Below are positions 14,131 to 23,346 of a DNA stretch of 64,000 bases, piece after piece. The position numbers and the translations under genes were made by a program. Origin of the DNA: an uncultured delta proteobacterium (GTDB lineage Bacteria > Desulfobacterota > Binatia > DP-6). Where the stretch lies: assembly GCA_963815115.1 (NCBI GenBank), contig CAWFFN010000005.1:1728001-1792000 (forward strand). Direction: 5' to 3'. The notes under the pieces were generated by a model. The model was not told the origin of the DNA, ran no database searches, and was given only the letters and a program-made list of their open reading frames with translations. Every line of letters starts with the position of its first letter. Position 1 is the stretch's first letter.

Positions 14131-15471
14131 TCACCCCCGGGCGCCGATGTCGGGGGTCGCAGGAAGCACTCGCGCGAGCACCGCCAGGCCGATCGCCGCC
14201 GCCACGGTGGAGGCTGCGAGAATCCCGACCTTCGCCGCTTCGAGCGTGGCGCCGTCGAGGGCGAGCCCGGCGACGAAGAGCGCCATGGTGAAGCCGATCC
14301 CGGCGAGGGCTCCACCCCCGGCGATCGCCGCCCAGCCGGTGCCCTCGGGAAGGCGAGCCAGGCGCGTGCGCACCGCGAGCCAGCTGAAGAGCACGATCCC
14401 GACAGGCTTCCCGACCACGAGGCCGGCTGCGATGGCCAGCGCGGTCGGATCCGCGAAGGAGGCGAGCTGGAGCGGCACGCCGGCGTTCGCCAGGGCGAAG
14501 ATCGGCATGATGACGAAGCCGACGGACGGGTGAAGCAGCGACTCGAGATACTCGAGCGGCGAGACCGTCTCGCGCGTGATCTGCCGGAACGCGCGCACGC
14601 TGGCCGTTCGATCACGCCCCTGCGCCCAACCCTCGCCCCGCACCACCTCGGTGACGCGCTGAAGGATTCCCGCAAACGCGCTCGCGCTGAGGTGCGGTTG
14701 CGCCGGGGTGAGCAACCCGAGGAGTACGCCGGCGATGGTCGCATGCACGCCGGACTCCTGGAACGCGAACCAGACCAGGAGGGCCACCAGGGTGTAGATA
14801 CCGAAGGAGCGGACGCCGAGACGGGTGAAAAGCACCACCAGCGCGAGTCCGCCTGCCCCGACGAGCAGCGGGACGAGGTGAATCCCCGTACTGTACCCGA
14901 TGGCGATCACCAGGATCGAACCGATGTCGTCGGCGATCGCCAGCGTGAGGATCATGATGCGCAAGGCGTGCGGGATGCGCGAGCCGAGCACGGCCATGCA
15001 GCCCACGACGAACGCGATGTCGGTCGCCATGGGGATGCCCCAGCCGCGCTGTGACGGCGTGCCGGCGCGCAGCGCCAGGTAGATCGCCGCGGGAGCGACC
15101 ATGCCGCCGATGGCCGCGACGATCGGCAGGGCGGCACGCTGCGGGTCGCGGAGCTCTCCCACCACCAGCTCGCGCTTCACCTCGAGCCCCACCACGAAGA
15201 AGAACAGCGCCATCAGGCCGTCGTTGATCCAGTGATGGAGCGTGTGGCTCACCTGCAGGCGACCGACCTGGAAGCCCACCTCGGTCTCCCAGAGGTGGAG
15301 ATAGGCGTCCGAGAGCGGGGAGTTCGCGAGCACGAGGGCGACCACCGTGCAGACGAGGAGGACGAGGCCGCCCGCGGCCTCGACGTGCAGGAAGCGCTCG
15401 AAGGGCTCGATCAGCCGATCGATGGGCTCTCGGGGGAGGCGCAGCGGTATCCGTCCACTCGGTTCCGACAC
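14131..15471 (-). CDS. nhaA: Na+/H+ antiporter NhaA
   Basis: WINDGLMALFFFVVGLEVKRE, GWGIPMATDIAF, LAIADD, SGVHATIAG, GIGFTM. Confidence 0.95.
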   Translation of the reverse strand: MSEPSGRIPLRLPREPIDRLIEPFERFLHVEAAGGLVLLVCTVVALVLANSPLSDAYLHLWETEVGFQVGRLQVSHTLHHWINDGLMALFFFVVGLEVKRELVVGELRDPQRAALPIVAAIGGMVAPAAIYLALRAGTPSQRGWGIPMATDIAFVVGCMAVLGSRIPHALRIMILTLAIADDIGSILVIAIGYSTGIHLVPLLVGAGGLALVVLFTRLGVRSFGIYTLVALLVWFAFQESGVHATIAGVLLGLLTPAQPHLSASAFAGILQRVTEVVRGEGWAQGRDRTASVRAFRQITRETVSPLEYLESLLHPSVGFVIMPIFALANAGVPLQLASFADPTALAIAAGLVVGKPVGIVLFSWLAVRTRLARLPEGTGWAAIAGGGALAGIGFTMALFVAGLALDGATLEAAKVGILAASTVAAAIGLAVLARVLPATPDIGARG

Positions 15472-15497
15472 GCTCTCTCCGCCGCGCCCGAAGCCGT

Positions 15498-15728
15498 CTA
15501 CGAGCGCTCGCCGCCGAGGCAGTCCGGGCAGGTCTCTCGGCGGCTACCGTCGCAGGTCGTGCACGTCTCCCACTCGAGCCCTTCGCTTCCTGCGCGATGG
15601 TCGAACGAGGCCGGCCGCAGGCGATTCACGTTGCGGCCGCCGCGTCCGCGACACGTCTCGCAGGGGATGGTGCCTTCGCCGTGGCATCGCACGCAGGCGG
15701 TGTCGTCGTCCTCGTCAATGTCCGCCAT
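15498..15728 (-). CDS. Small stand-alone DnaJ-type CxxCxGxG zinc-finger protein (76 aa)
   Basis: CVRCHGEG, CETCRGRG, CTTCDGS, CPDCLGG; strong RBS AAGGAGG. Confidence 0.7.
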   Translation of the reverse strand: MADIDEDDDTACVRCHGEGTIPCETCRGRGGRNVNRLRPASFDHRAGSEGLEWETCTTCDGSRRETCPDCLGGERS

Positions 15729-15969
15729 GACGTCCTCCTTTCGGGGCAGCGCCCAGATCGGCCTCGGTACACATGAGTCCATGGACGAGGATGCCCACGC
15801 GTTCCGTCGCATCGGGGTGGGCGCGCGCGAGCGCCTCGCGCTCGATCGGCAGGCGTCGTCCGTCCCGGACGAGGCCCATCTCGAGCTGCAAGCCGTTGCC
15901 GGTGCGGGCGAGCATGTCGCCGACGGCACCGTTCAGGACGGCGAGAGCCTGGTCGAGCTTCGTTGCCAT
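15715..15969 (-). pseudogene. N-terminal fragment of an alpha/beta hydrolase (PGAP1-like esterase/lipase)
   Basis: LAVLNGAVGDMLARTGNGL...ILVHGLMCTE then ends; no GxSxG nucleophile. Confidence 0.55.
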
Positions 15970-16060
15970 GCGGACGTGCCCATAGGGGCTCGCGCATCCG
16001 CGTTGTCAACCGCGCGCATCGACGCGGAGCGGGCCCGGGCTCCCCGGGGCCGCGCGACGC

Positions 16061-16768
16061 TCACCAGGCCTCGCCGAACGGTCGCACCTGGACGTCGAAC
16101 GACCAGGCCGATCGATCCTGGTGCACCACGTGCCAGACCTCGTCGGCGATGGCCCGGGGCTGGATGAAGAAGTCGTCGGGCCGGCTGGCGAAGGCCTGGC
16201 GCGTCCACGGCACGTCGATGACCGCGTCGATGACGAGGTAGGCGACGTGGACGCCCCGGGGACCGACCTCGCGCGCGATGGCCTCGGCCAGGATGCGTTG
16301 CGCCGCCTTGGTGGGTGCGAAGCCCGCGAAGGTCGGCTTGCCACGGAGCGCGGACGTGTTGCCGGTGACGATCAGGGCGCCGCGCCCGCGAGCGATCATG
16401 TCGGGGAGGAGGCTCCGTGCCAGATGCAGCAGTGAAAGCACGTTCACCTGGAAGTTGCGCTCGAGGACGGCGGGGTCGACGTCGAGGAAGGTGCCGAACG
16501 ATCCCGCGACGGCGTTGTGGATGACGACCTTCGGGTGACCGAGGCTACCCCGCACCTCGTCCAGGACCTTCGCCAGCGTCCCGGCGTCGCCGACGTCGCA
16601 CGCGAAGGCACGGCTGCCGGGAAGCTCGGCTTCGAGTGCGGCGAGCCGATCCGCGCTGCGCGCGAGCAGGGCGACCCGGAAGCCGCCGCTGGCGAAGCGA
16701 CGCGCCAGCGCGCTCCCCGTCCCCGGTCCGACGCCGGTGATCAGGCACACGTCGTCGTCATCGGCCAC
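16061..16768 (-). CDS. Short-chain dehydrogenase/reductase
   Basis: TGVGPGTG, HNAV, FAPTKAAQR, GVHVAYLVIDAVID. Confidence 0.85.
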   Translation of the reverse strand: MADDDDVCLITGVGPGTGSALARRFASGGFRVALLARSADRLAALEAELPGSRAFACDVGDAGTLAKVLDEVRGSLGHPKVVIHNAVAGSFGTFLDVDPAVLERNFQVNVLSLLHLARSLLPDMIARGRGALIVTGNTSALRGKPTFAGFAPTKAAQRILAEAIAREVGPRGVHVAYLVIDAVIDVPWTRQAFASRPDDFFIQPRAIADEVWHVVHQDRSAWSFDVQVRPFGEAW

Positions 16769-16820
16769 GCCCGCAATGATACGCCACGCGATGGCCGAGT
16801 GAAGGGCGTGGCCGGGGCGA

Positions 16821-17483
16821 CTACCGGATCCGGCGATCCCGGTTGCGCGATCGAATCGGTAGCCCGGAGCGCGCTTCCGCGGACCGGCGGGCGGCCGGGG
16901 CCACGCCGTCGAGCACGGCGCGGATCGCGAGATTCCAGCGGCGATCGACGGAGGCTCGCGAGGTGCCGAGCCATCCGGCCATCTCCGTGGCGGCGAGACC
17001 CTGCGTCATGGAGACGAGAACGTGCGCGATGTCGGTCTCGTCGCCCTCGAGCAGGCCGGCGTCGATGCAGCGCCGCACGCGTCCCACGACGAGCAACCTG
17101 ACCGAGCTCCCGGCCTCCAGCTCCGCAGGGCCGGGGTCGAAGTCGGTGAACGGGCGCGCGAACATCACCTCCGACAGGGCCGGGTTGTCTCGGACGAATG
17201 CCCTGAGGGTCGCGACGATCCGCACCAGGTCGGCGCGCGGATCGTCCGTCTCCGCAGGTCGCTCCAACCCCTGCCGCAGCAGGCGGAAGCCCTCGAAGAA
17301 CATCTCGCGCACGAGCCCGGCCTTGTCGCCGAAGAGCTCGTAGACGGCCGGCGTCGAGGTGTCGGCCTCCCGGGCGACCTTCCGCGTGGTGAACCCGGCT
17401 ACGCCCGCGCTGGCGAGCGTCGTCACGGCCACCCGCAGGACGCGGTCGCGCAGCTCCGGCGTCCGTTGCTTCGCTCGCGGCAG
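16821..17483 (-). CDS. TetR/AcrR-family regulator
   Basis: FTTRKVAREADTSTPAVYELFGDKAGL; frame extends upstream to (CTG)PRAKQRTPELRDR behind an AGGA RBS. Confidence 0.85.
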   Translation of the reverse strand: MPRAKQRTPELRDRVLRVAVTTLASAGVAGFTTRKVAREADTSTPAVYELFGDKAGLVREMFFEGFRLLRQGLERPAETDDPRADLVRIVATLRAFVRDNPALSEVMFARPFTDFDPGPAELEAGSSVRLLVVGRVRRCIDAGLLEGDETDIAHVLVSMTQGLAATEMAGWLGTSRASVDRRWNLAIRAVLDGVAPAARRSAEARSGLPIRSRNRDRRIR

Positions 17484-17510
17484 GGTTCGCTCCTGGAGAG
17501 GCCCGATCCC

Positions 17511-18209
17511 TCAGGTACGCGGGCCAAGGAGCGTGTCGTCGGCTTCGATGGCGGCGCGGATCGCCCGCAACGCGTGCTCTCTCGCGCGCAGCTTCGTCGC
17601 GGTGTGGACGCCCATGTCCAGCCTGGCAAGGTCGACGGCGATGGTGCGCGCGACCTCCTGGAGGTCGCAGGCAGGCACGACCCGATCGAGGAATCCGGCG
17701 GCGACGGCGTCCTCGGGCCGGTAGATCTCCGCGTTGATCACCGCCCGATGGAAGTGGGAGGGCGCGAGGCGCTGCCGGCAGATCTCGATGCCGAAGAAAG
17801 GCATGGTGATGCCGATGGCGACCTCGTTGGCACCGATCTTGTATCCCCCCACCGCCCCGACGCGATAGTCACCCGACAGGACGAGGAACGCCCCCATCGC
17901 GATCGCGTGGCCCGTGCAGGCGACGACGACCGGCGCGGGGAACGACAGGAGCCGCTCCGCCAGCTCGAACCCCGTCCGCACCATACCGGAGGCGTCGGGA
18001 CCGCCACCCCGCAGGACGCGCAGGTCGAATCCACCGGAGAATGCACCCTCCCGGCCGGTGAGAATGACGACGGCACGATCCCTCTCGGCGCGATCGAACG
18101 CGTCGTTGAGCTGCGCGAACATGTCGGGCGACAGCGCGTTCATCTTGCCGTCGTCCATCGCGATCGTCGCGACGGAATCGCTCCGTCGGTAGGTGACGAG
18201 TGTGCTCAC
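17511..18209 (-). CDS. Enoyl-CoA hydratase/isomerase (crotonase) family
   Basis: MDDGKMNAL, FSGGFDL, ACTGHAIAMG, GANEVAIG. Confidence 0.88.
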   Translation of the reverse strand: MSTLVTYRRSDSVATIAMDDGKMNALSPDMFAQLNDAFDRAERDRAVVILTGREGAFSGGFDLRVLRGGGPDASGMVRTGFELAERLLSFPAPVVVACTGHAIAMGAFLVLSGDYRVGAVGGYKIGANEVAIGITMPFFGIEICRQRLAPSHFHRAVINAEIYRPEDAVAAGFLDRVVPACDLQEVARTIAVDLARLDMGVHTATKLRAREHALRAIRAAIEADDTLLGPRT

Positions 18210-18221
18210 GAGACCTCCGTC

Positions 18222-18279
18222 CGTTGATTTCGTATCAACGTTACGAAACGACGGTACGGAGCTTGCGGTGCTGCGTCAA
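18222..18279 (-). promoter_or_regulatory. Sigma70-type promoter and inverted-repeat operator for the crotonase-tetR genes
   Basis: Minus strand TTGACG-N17-TACCGT; overlapping IRs CGTTGAT/ATCAACG (18222-18240) and TTTCGTA/TACGAAA (18228-18248). Confidence 0.6.
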
Positions 18280-18321
18280 GCCGCCGTTCAACCGGGCGTC
18301 ACCCCGGCGCATCGGGCCGTG

Positions 18322-19287
18322 TCAGTGCGCGACGATGGTCGGCGAGGACGGCGCCGTCTCCGCGGCGGCCTCGGGATCGACCGCGGCAGGGCGCGGTGCC
18401 GCCCCGAGACCCGCGACCCTGCGCAGGGTGGCGCGGAACTTTCGCAGCTCGACCAGGGCGCGGCGCGCGCCTGCCCCCTTCGGGGCGAGACGATCGATCC
18501 CCCAGTAGGACAAGAGGTATTGCACGATGTCCTGGTAGTAGTCGGCGAGGGTGAAGACGCCATGGGCGTGGAGATACACTTGACGCTCCGCGAACGTTCC
18601 GGCGAACGCGGGCGACCACGGCATCTGGAAGCGGGGCATGACCGCGGCCAGCGCCTGGACGTAGTCCGGATCGAGATCGAGGTGGGCTTTCACGATGTCG
18701 CGATAGAACGCCATGTGCAGGGTCTCGTCCTTCGCGATCCGACGGAGCGCTTCCGCGAGCCCCGGGTCTTCCTGCTCGCACGCACGTGCGGTGCAGAGAT
18801 AGAAGGTGCGTGTCGCCGCCTCCTGCACGGCGGTGTAGACCATCCCCTCGATCGGACCGTCCAGCTGGTGGAACCAGCCGGCCTCGATGACCGCCTTGCG
18901 CATGCTGGCGCGCGCCGCGGGGTCGCCGTTCTCGCTCAGCAGCAGGTAGGTTTCGAGGAGCGTCGCGTGCTGATCCTCTTCCGAGGTCCACACCCGGATG
19001 AAGTCCCGGAGGGACGCCGGGCATGCCTCGAGACCGTGATACAGGCCGGCGGTGTACCAGGGGAGGTTCACCTCGGTGAGCAACGCCATCTCGACCGCCA
19101 GGTAGGCAGGGCGCGAGAGCGGGCGATGCCGGCGGGCGTCGCCGCGAAACTCTGCCAGCGGCAAGAACGCATGCCCGGACCAAGCCGTCTTGGCGGCGGC
19201 ATCCTTGTGTCGGGCGAGCAGGAAGTCGAGGTGAGGCTCGAGGGACGGATGGAGATCGAGATACGACCCGCCGATGGTGTCACTCAC
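18322..19287 (-). CDS. Acyl-ACP desaturase family (soluble diiron, DesA-like)
   Basis: LLTEVNLPWY, WTSEEDQH, YTAVQEAAT, IAKDETLH, FQMP; start approximate. Confidence 0.8.
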   Translation of the reverse strand: MSDTIGGSYLDLHPSLEPHLDFLLARHKDAAAKTAWSGHAFLPLAEFRGDARRHRPLSRPAYLAVEMALLTEVNLPWYTAGLYHGLEACPASLRDFIRVWTSEEDQHATLLETYLLLSENGDPAARASMRKAVIEAGWFHQLDGPIEGMVYTAVQEAATRTFYLCTARACEQEDPGLAEALRRIAKDETLHMAFYRDIVKAHLDLDPDYVQALAAVMPRFQMPWSPAFAGTFAERQVYLHAHGVFTLADYYQDIVQYLLSYWGIDRLAPKGAGARRALVELRKFRATLRRVAGLGAAPRPAAVDPEAAAETAPSSPTIVAH

Positions 19288-19549
19288 TCGGTGGGCCTCT
19301 ATGCGTTTGGGCGGCCGCCTGTCAAACACGGCCTGAACGGCTGGACCTTTTTCACGAATCGGTCAAACTAGTTCCCCATCGCGCACCTTGACGCCCCGCA
19401 GTCGGCGCCGAGCTCGGGCGGCATGAACGAGCCCGCCGAAGGAACCCGGGACGACCGGCGAGCTGCGCCGCGTCCTTCTCGCATGGCGGCCGGAATCGCC
19501 CCCCGACCACCCCGCGCCGCGCGGGGGTGACAAACCGGCGACTCGTGCT

Positions 19550-20542
19550 ATGCGGCCTCAAATGGCTGTGAGGACGCCGGCCGCCGCCTCGACCAGGAAG
19601 CGCAAGTCGCCGCGGAAGAGACAGGTGGCGAGCAGCAAGGGCCTCACGGTTGCGGAGGTGGCCGACCCCCAGGACGATGCCCGGCGCATGGCGGCGACCA
19701 TCACGGCCGACGGCGGTGAGGTGCTGGGGATGTACCGCGATCCGCTGGGGGGCCACCCGGTGGTGGTGGCGGCACTGCCCATCGACAAGATCGAGCCCAC
19801 TCCCTACCAGCGCGATCGCAGCGAGGCGCACGTGAAGAAGCTGGCGAGCGCGATGGAGCGCGTGGGCCGGTTCCTCGATCCGCTCATCGCCGTCCGCAAG
19901 GACGGCCACTACTGGACCCCGAACGGCAACCACCGCCTCGGGGCCATGGCCCTGATGGGCATGAAGTCGATCACCGCGCTCGTGCTGCCCGAGGAGGACG
20001 TCGCCCTCCAGATTCTCGCTCTCAACACCGAGAAGGCGCACAACCTGAAGGAGCGGTCGCTCGAGGTGATCCGCATGTACCGTGGCCTCGTCGGCGCCCG
20101 CGGGAGCGACAGGGAAGCCGACTTCGCAGCGATCTTCGAAGAGCCCCACTTCATCACCTTCGGCGCGACGTACGAAAAGCGTCCCCGGTTCTCCGCCGGC
20201 GCGTACACCTCGATCGTCAAGCGCCTCGAGGCGTTCGAGGACGTGGCGATCAGCCAGGGACTGAAGCTGCGCGAGGCGCGTGCGGATCGGCTGCTCGCTC
20301 TCGATGACGAGGTCGTGAAGGTGGTCGAGGAGCTCAAATCCCGTGGCCTCGTGAGCCCGTATCTCAAGTATTATGTCGTCGCGCGCGTGAACTTCCTGCG
20401 CTTCAAGAAGGGAGGCTCGTTCGACTTCGATGACACGATCGACAAGCTCAAAGCGGCCGCGAGGAAGATCGACATCGCGAAGGTTCGCAAGGAAGACGTC
20501 GCGAGGATGGGCGGCGCTCCGGCCGCCGGCGACGATGAGTGA
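19550..20542 (+). CDS. ParB/Srx-like N-terminal domain protein
   Basis: IEPTPYQRD, FLDPLIAVR, TPNGNHRL (GxxR), ALNTEK. Confidence 0.75.
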   Translation: MRPQMAVRTPAAASTRKRKSPRKRQVASSKGLTVAEVADPQDDARRMAATITADGGEVLGMYRDPLGGHPVVVAALPIDKIEPTPYQRDRSEAHVKKLASAMERVGRFLDPLIAVRKDGHYWTPNGNHRLGAMALMGMKSITALVLPEEDVALQILALNTEKAHNLKERSLEVIRMYRGLVGARGSDREADFAAIFEEPHFITFGATYEKRPRFSAGAYTSIVKRLEAFEDVAISQGLKLREARADRLLALDDEVVKVVEELKSRGLVSPYLKYYVVARVNFLRFKKGGSFDFDDTIDKLKAAARKIDIAKVRKEDVARMGGAPAAGDDE

Positions 20543-20578
20543 CGCTCGCACGCCGATGCGGACGGCAGCGGAGGGCGA

Positions 20579-22543
20579 GTGGCGCACACGCTCGGTCGAC
20601 CGCGCCCGCCGGCCCGCAGCAGTCGGGCGGCGTCGAGGCCGAGGACGCGCCGGCGGCTGGTGGTAGAGCAGGTGGCGAACCCGATACAGCAACTCCGTTC
20701 GCTGATGCGCCACACGCGCCGGGTCGCGTCGAGCCCCCTGCGGCGCCCCGATTTCCGCCACGCCGACGCCTTGCGCGAGCGCTTCCGGCAGGACGGCATC
20801 GTCCGCTGCCGTCGAGGTGTCCGGCTCTTCTGCTGGCTTGCCATCACGCTCCTCGCCGTGAGCGCCTTCAACAGCTACGTGGAGGAGCCCGTTCTCTTCC
20901 CGGCGCTGCTGCGTGTCCGGTTCGCGAGCATGTGCCTGCTCGTCGTCGTTCTCGTCCTGCTCGGGACCCGCCTCGGGAGGCGGCGGCCAAGAGAGCTCGC
21001 GCTGCTGTTCGTGCTCATCATCGGCCTCACGTTTCACGACCTCGCGGTCACGGCGCCCGCGCAGGCCGGCGTGCAGTACGACCGCATGAACCTGGTCGTG
21101 CTCGGCCTGGCCGTGCTGATCGTGTGGAGCCCCGCCTGGTCTGCCGTCGCCTGCGGGATCATGATCGCGGTGTACGTCGTCGGGTTCCTTTCGACCCGCG
21201 GCGGACCGGACGCGATCGGATTTGGCGCCCACCTCGTCCGTCTCATCGCCACCAGTCTCGTGACCATCGGCGTCACCGCGATCCAGCACCGCCGGCGGTG
21301 GCGCGAGCTCGTCAACCTGCAGGCCCTGGCCGATGCCCGCGTGGAGAGCCGGGAAACCCAGGCACGCTACCAGCTGCTCATCGACACGGCCGGCAGCGCG
21401 ATCGTCGTCGTATCGCCGGAGCACCGGATCCTGGAGTTCAATCGCGAGGCCGAGGCGATCTACGGCGCCCGGCGGTCCGAGGTGCTCGGCAAGGACTACT
21501 TCGAGCTTTTCCTGCCGGTCGAGCGCCGGCCGATCGTGGCGGGGATGATTCGACGGATCCTCGCCGGGGAGACTGTCCACGAGTACGAAACCGTGCTCCA
21601 GACGCGCAGCGGCGACCAGCGCATCATGCTGTGGAACGTCCGGCGACTGTGCGGCGCGGCCGGCAAGGCCCTGGGCGTCATCGGGATCGGTCAGGACATC
21701 ACCCAACGGAAGCACGCCGAGGAGCAGGTCCATCGGCTGAACGAGGAGCTCGAGGCCCGCGTCATCATGCGCACTGCCGAGCTGAGCGCCAGCGAGGAGC
21801 GCGCGCGCGAGCACCAGGCGCACCTGGCGCACGTGCTCCGGGTGAGCACGATGGGCGAGATGGCCGCCGCACTGGCCCACGAGCTCAACCAGCCACTCGG
21901 TGCGATCGTCAACTACGCCAACGGCATCGGCGTCCGGCTGCGCGAGGGGGGGCTCGCGCCGGACGACCTGCAGGAGGCGGTGACACGCATCGCGGCGGAG
22001 GGCCTGCGGGCGGGCGAGATCATTCGCCGGTCGCGCGATTTCGTGCGCCAGAGCGTTGCCAACCGCGAGCGAGCGGACGTCAATGTCGTCGTGCGCGACG
22101 CGGCCCAGCTGATCGGCCCGGATGCCCGCCGCATGAACATCCCGATCCGGCTCGCCCTCGAGCCGGAGCTTCCGCTGGTGGACATGGACCGCATCCAGGT
22201 GGAGCAGGTGATCCTGAACCTGCTGCGGAACGGCCTCGATGCGATCAGCGAGGCCGCTCCCGACCGCCACGAGCTCCTCATCCAGACCCGGAGCGTGTCC
22301 GCGGACACGGTCGAGGTGAGCGTACGGGACACGGGCGTCGGCATGTCCCCGGCAACACGAGAGCGCATCTTCGATCCGTTCTTCACCACCAAGTCGGGCG
22401 GGCTCGGAATGGGACTGTCGATCAGCCGCTCGATCATCGAGGCGCACGGCGGTCGCCTGTGGGCGATCGGGAACCCGGATCGCGGCATGACGTTCTGCTT
22501 CACGTTGCCGTCGAAGCATCGCGGCGAGATCCGGGCTGCGTAG
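20579..22543 (+). CDS. Membrane PAS-domain sensor histidine kinase (FixL/NtrB-like transmitter)
   Basis: About 5 TM segments, PAS (FNREAEAIYG), AHELNQPL, NLLRNG, DTGVG, FFTTK, GMGLSI; start uncertain. Confidence 0.88.
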   Translation: MAHTLGRPRPPARSSRAASRPRTRRRLVVEQVANPIQQLRSLMRHTRRVASSPLRRPDFRHADALRERFRQDGIVRCRRGVRLFCWLAITLLAVSAFNSYVEEPVLFPALLRVRFASMCLLVVVLVLLGTRLGRRRPRELALLFVLIIGLTFHDLAVTAPAQAGVQYDRMNLVVLGLAVLIVWSPAWSAVACGIMIAVYVVGFLSTRGGPDAIGFGAHLVRLIATSLVTIGVTAIQHRRRWRELVNLQALADARVESRETQARYQLLIDTAGSAIVVVSPEHRILEFNREAEAIYGARRSEVLGKDYFELFLPVERRPIVAGMIRRILAGETVHEYETVLQTRSGDQRIMLWNVRRLCGAAGKALGVIGIGQDITQRKHAEEQVHRLNEELEARVIMRTAELSASEERAREHQAHLAHVLRVSTMGEMAAALAHELNQPLGAIVNYANGIGVRLREGGLAPDDLQEAVTRIAAEGLRAGEIIRRSRDFVRQSVANRERADVNVVVRDAAQLIGPDARRMNIPIRLALEPELPLVDMDRIQVEQVILNLLRNGLDAISEAAPDRHELLIQTRSVSADTVEVSVRDTGVGMSPATRERIFDPFFTTKSGGLGMGLSISRSIIEAHGGRLWAIGNPDRGMTFCFTLPSKHRGEIRAA

Positions 22544-22591
22544 CTTCGGCCGGCGGGCTCCGACGCCCTTCGCCGGCAGGGCACGTACTGA

Positions 22592-22640
22592 ACTGATGAT
22601 ATCATCAGTCTTGACATGACCATCAGGCGAGGCGTATCGT
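22592..22640 (+). promoter_or_regulatory. Perfect 18-bp palindromic operator and sigma70 promoter
   Basis: ACTGATGATATCATCAGT (22592-22609), TTGACA (22611-22616), TATCGT (22635-22640). Confidence 0.75.
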
Positions 22641-22647
22641 CCGCTCC

Positions 22648-23331
22648 ATGGCCGGAACGCGAGCCCAGCGCGGCAAGGCGCCGAGGACGACACGCACGGC
22701 AACGGCCGGTGGACGCGGAGCCCGCCGCCGCGAGGAGACCAGGGCCCGCCTCGTGTCGGCGGCGCGCGAGGTGATGGCCCGCAAGGGCATCGGGTCCACC
22801 TCGATCCAGGAGATCACCGACACCGCCGACGTCGGATTCGGGTCGTTCTACAACCATTTCGCGTCCAAGGAGTCGATCGCCGACGCCGTCATGGAGGAGG
22901 CGCTCGAGCGCTTCGGCGCGGCCGCGGATCGGCTCGTGGAGACGCTCGATGATCCCGCCGAGGTGCTGGCAGCGTCGGTCCGGCATGCCGTCGGGACGGC
23001 CGCCACCGACGAGGCGTGGGGCTGGTTCCTCGTGCGCACGGCCCTGGCACGCGCCGACGGGCTGCGCAGCACGCTCGGGCAGCGGCTCGCCCGCGACGTC
23101 CAGATCGGGATCGCGAAGGGGCGCTTCACGACCGACGACCCCATCGGCGCGATGGTCGCCGCCGGCGGCGCGATCCTCGCCATCGTGGCGGCGCGTCTCC
23201 ACGGCGAGCTCGGCGACGATGCACCCGAGCGCGCCGCGACCGCCGTCCTGACGCTCCTCGGGCTCCCCCCGCGCGAGGCCCGTGCGGTCGCTCGCCGGCC
23301 GCTGCCCGCCATCGCGCCGCTCTCGCGCTGA
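22648..23331 (+). CDS. TetR/AcrR-family regulator
   Basis: SIQEITDTADVGFGSFYNHFASKE. Confidence 0.9.
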   Translation: MAGTRAQRGKAPRTTRTATAGGRGARRREETRARLVSAAREVMARKGIGSTSIQEITDTADVGFGSFYNHFASKESIADAVMEEALERFGAAADRLVETLDDPAEVLAASVRHAVGTAATDEAWGWFLVRTALARADGLRSTLGQRLARDVQIGIAKGRFTTDDPIGAMVAAGGAILAIVAARLHGELGDDAPERAATAVLTLLGLPPREARAVARRPLPAIAPLSR

Positions 23332-23346
23332 CACGGGGGACACCAT

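Noticed and set aside
19352-22702. 1116-aa minus-strand ORF, and similar long antisense ORFs such as 3352-6246, 7121-8995 and 53950-55863
   Set aside because: Shadow ORFs opposite well-supported genes; expected at high GC and lacking motifs
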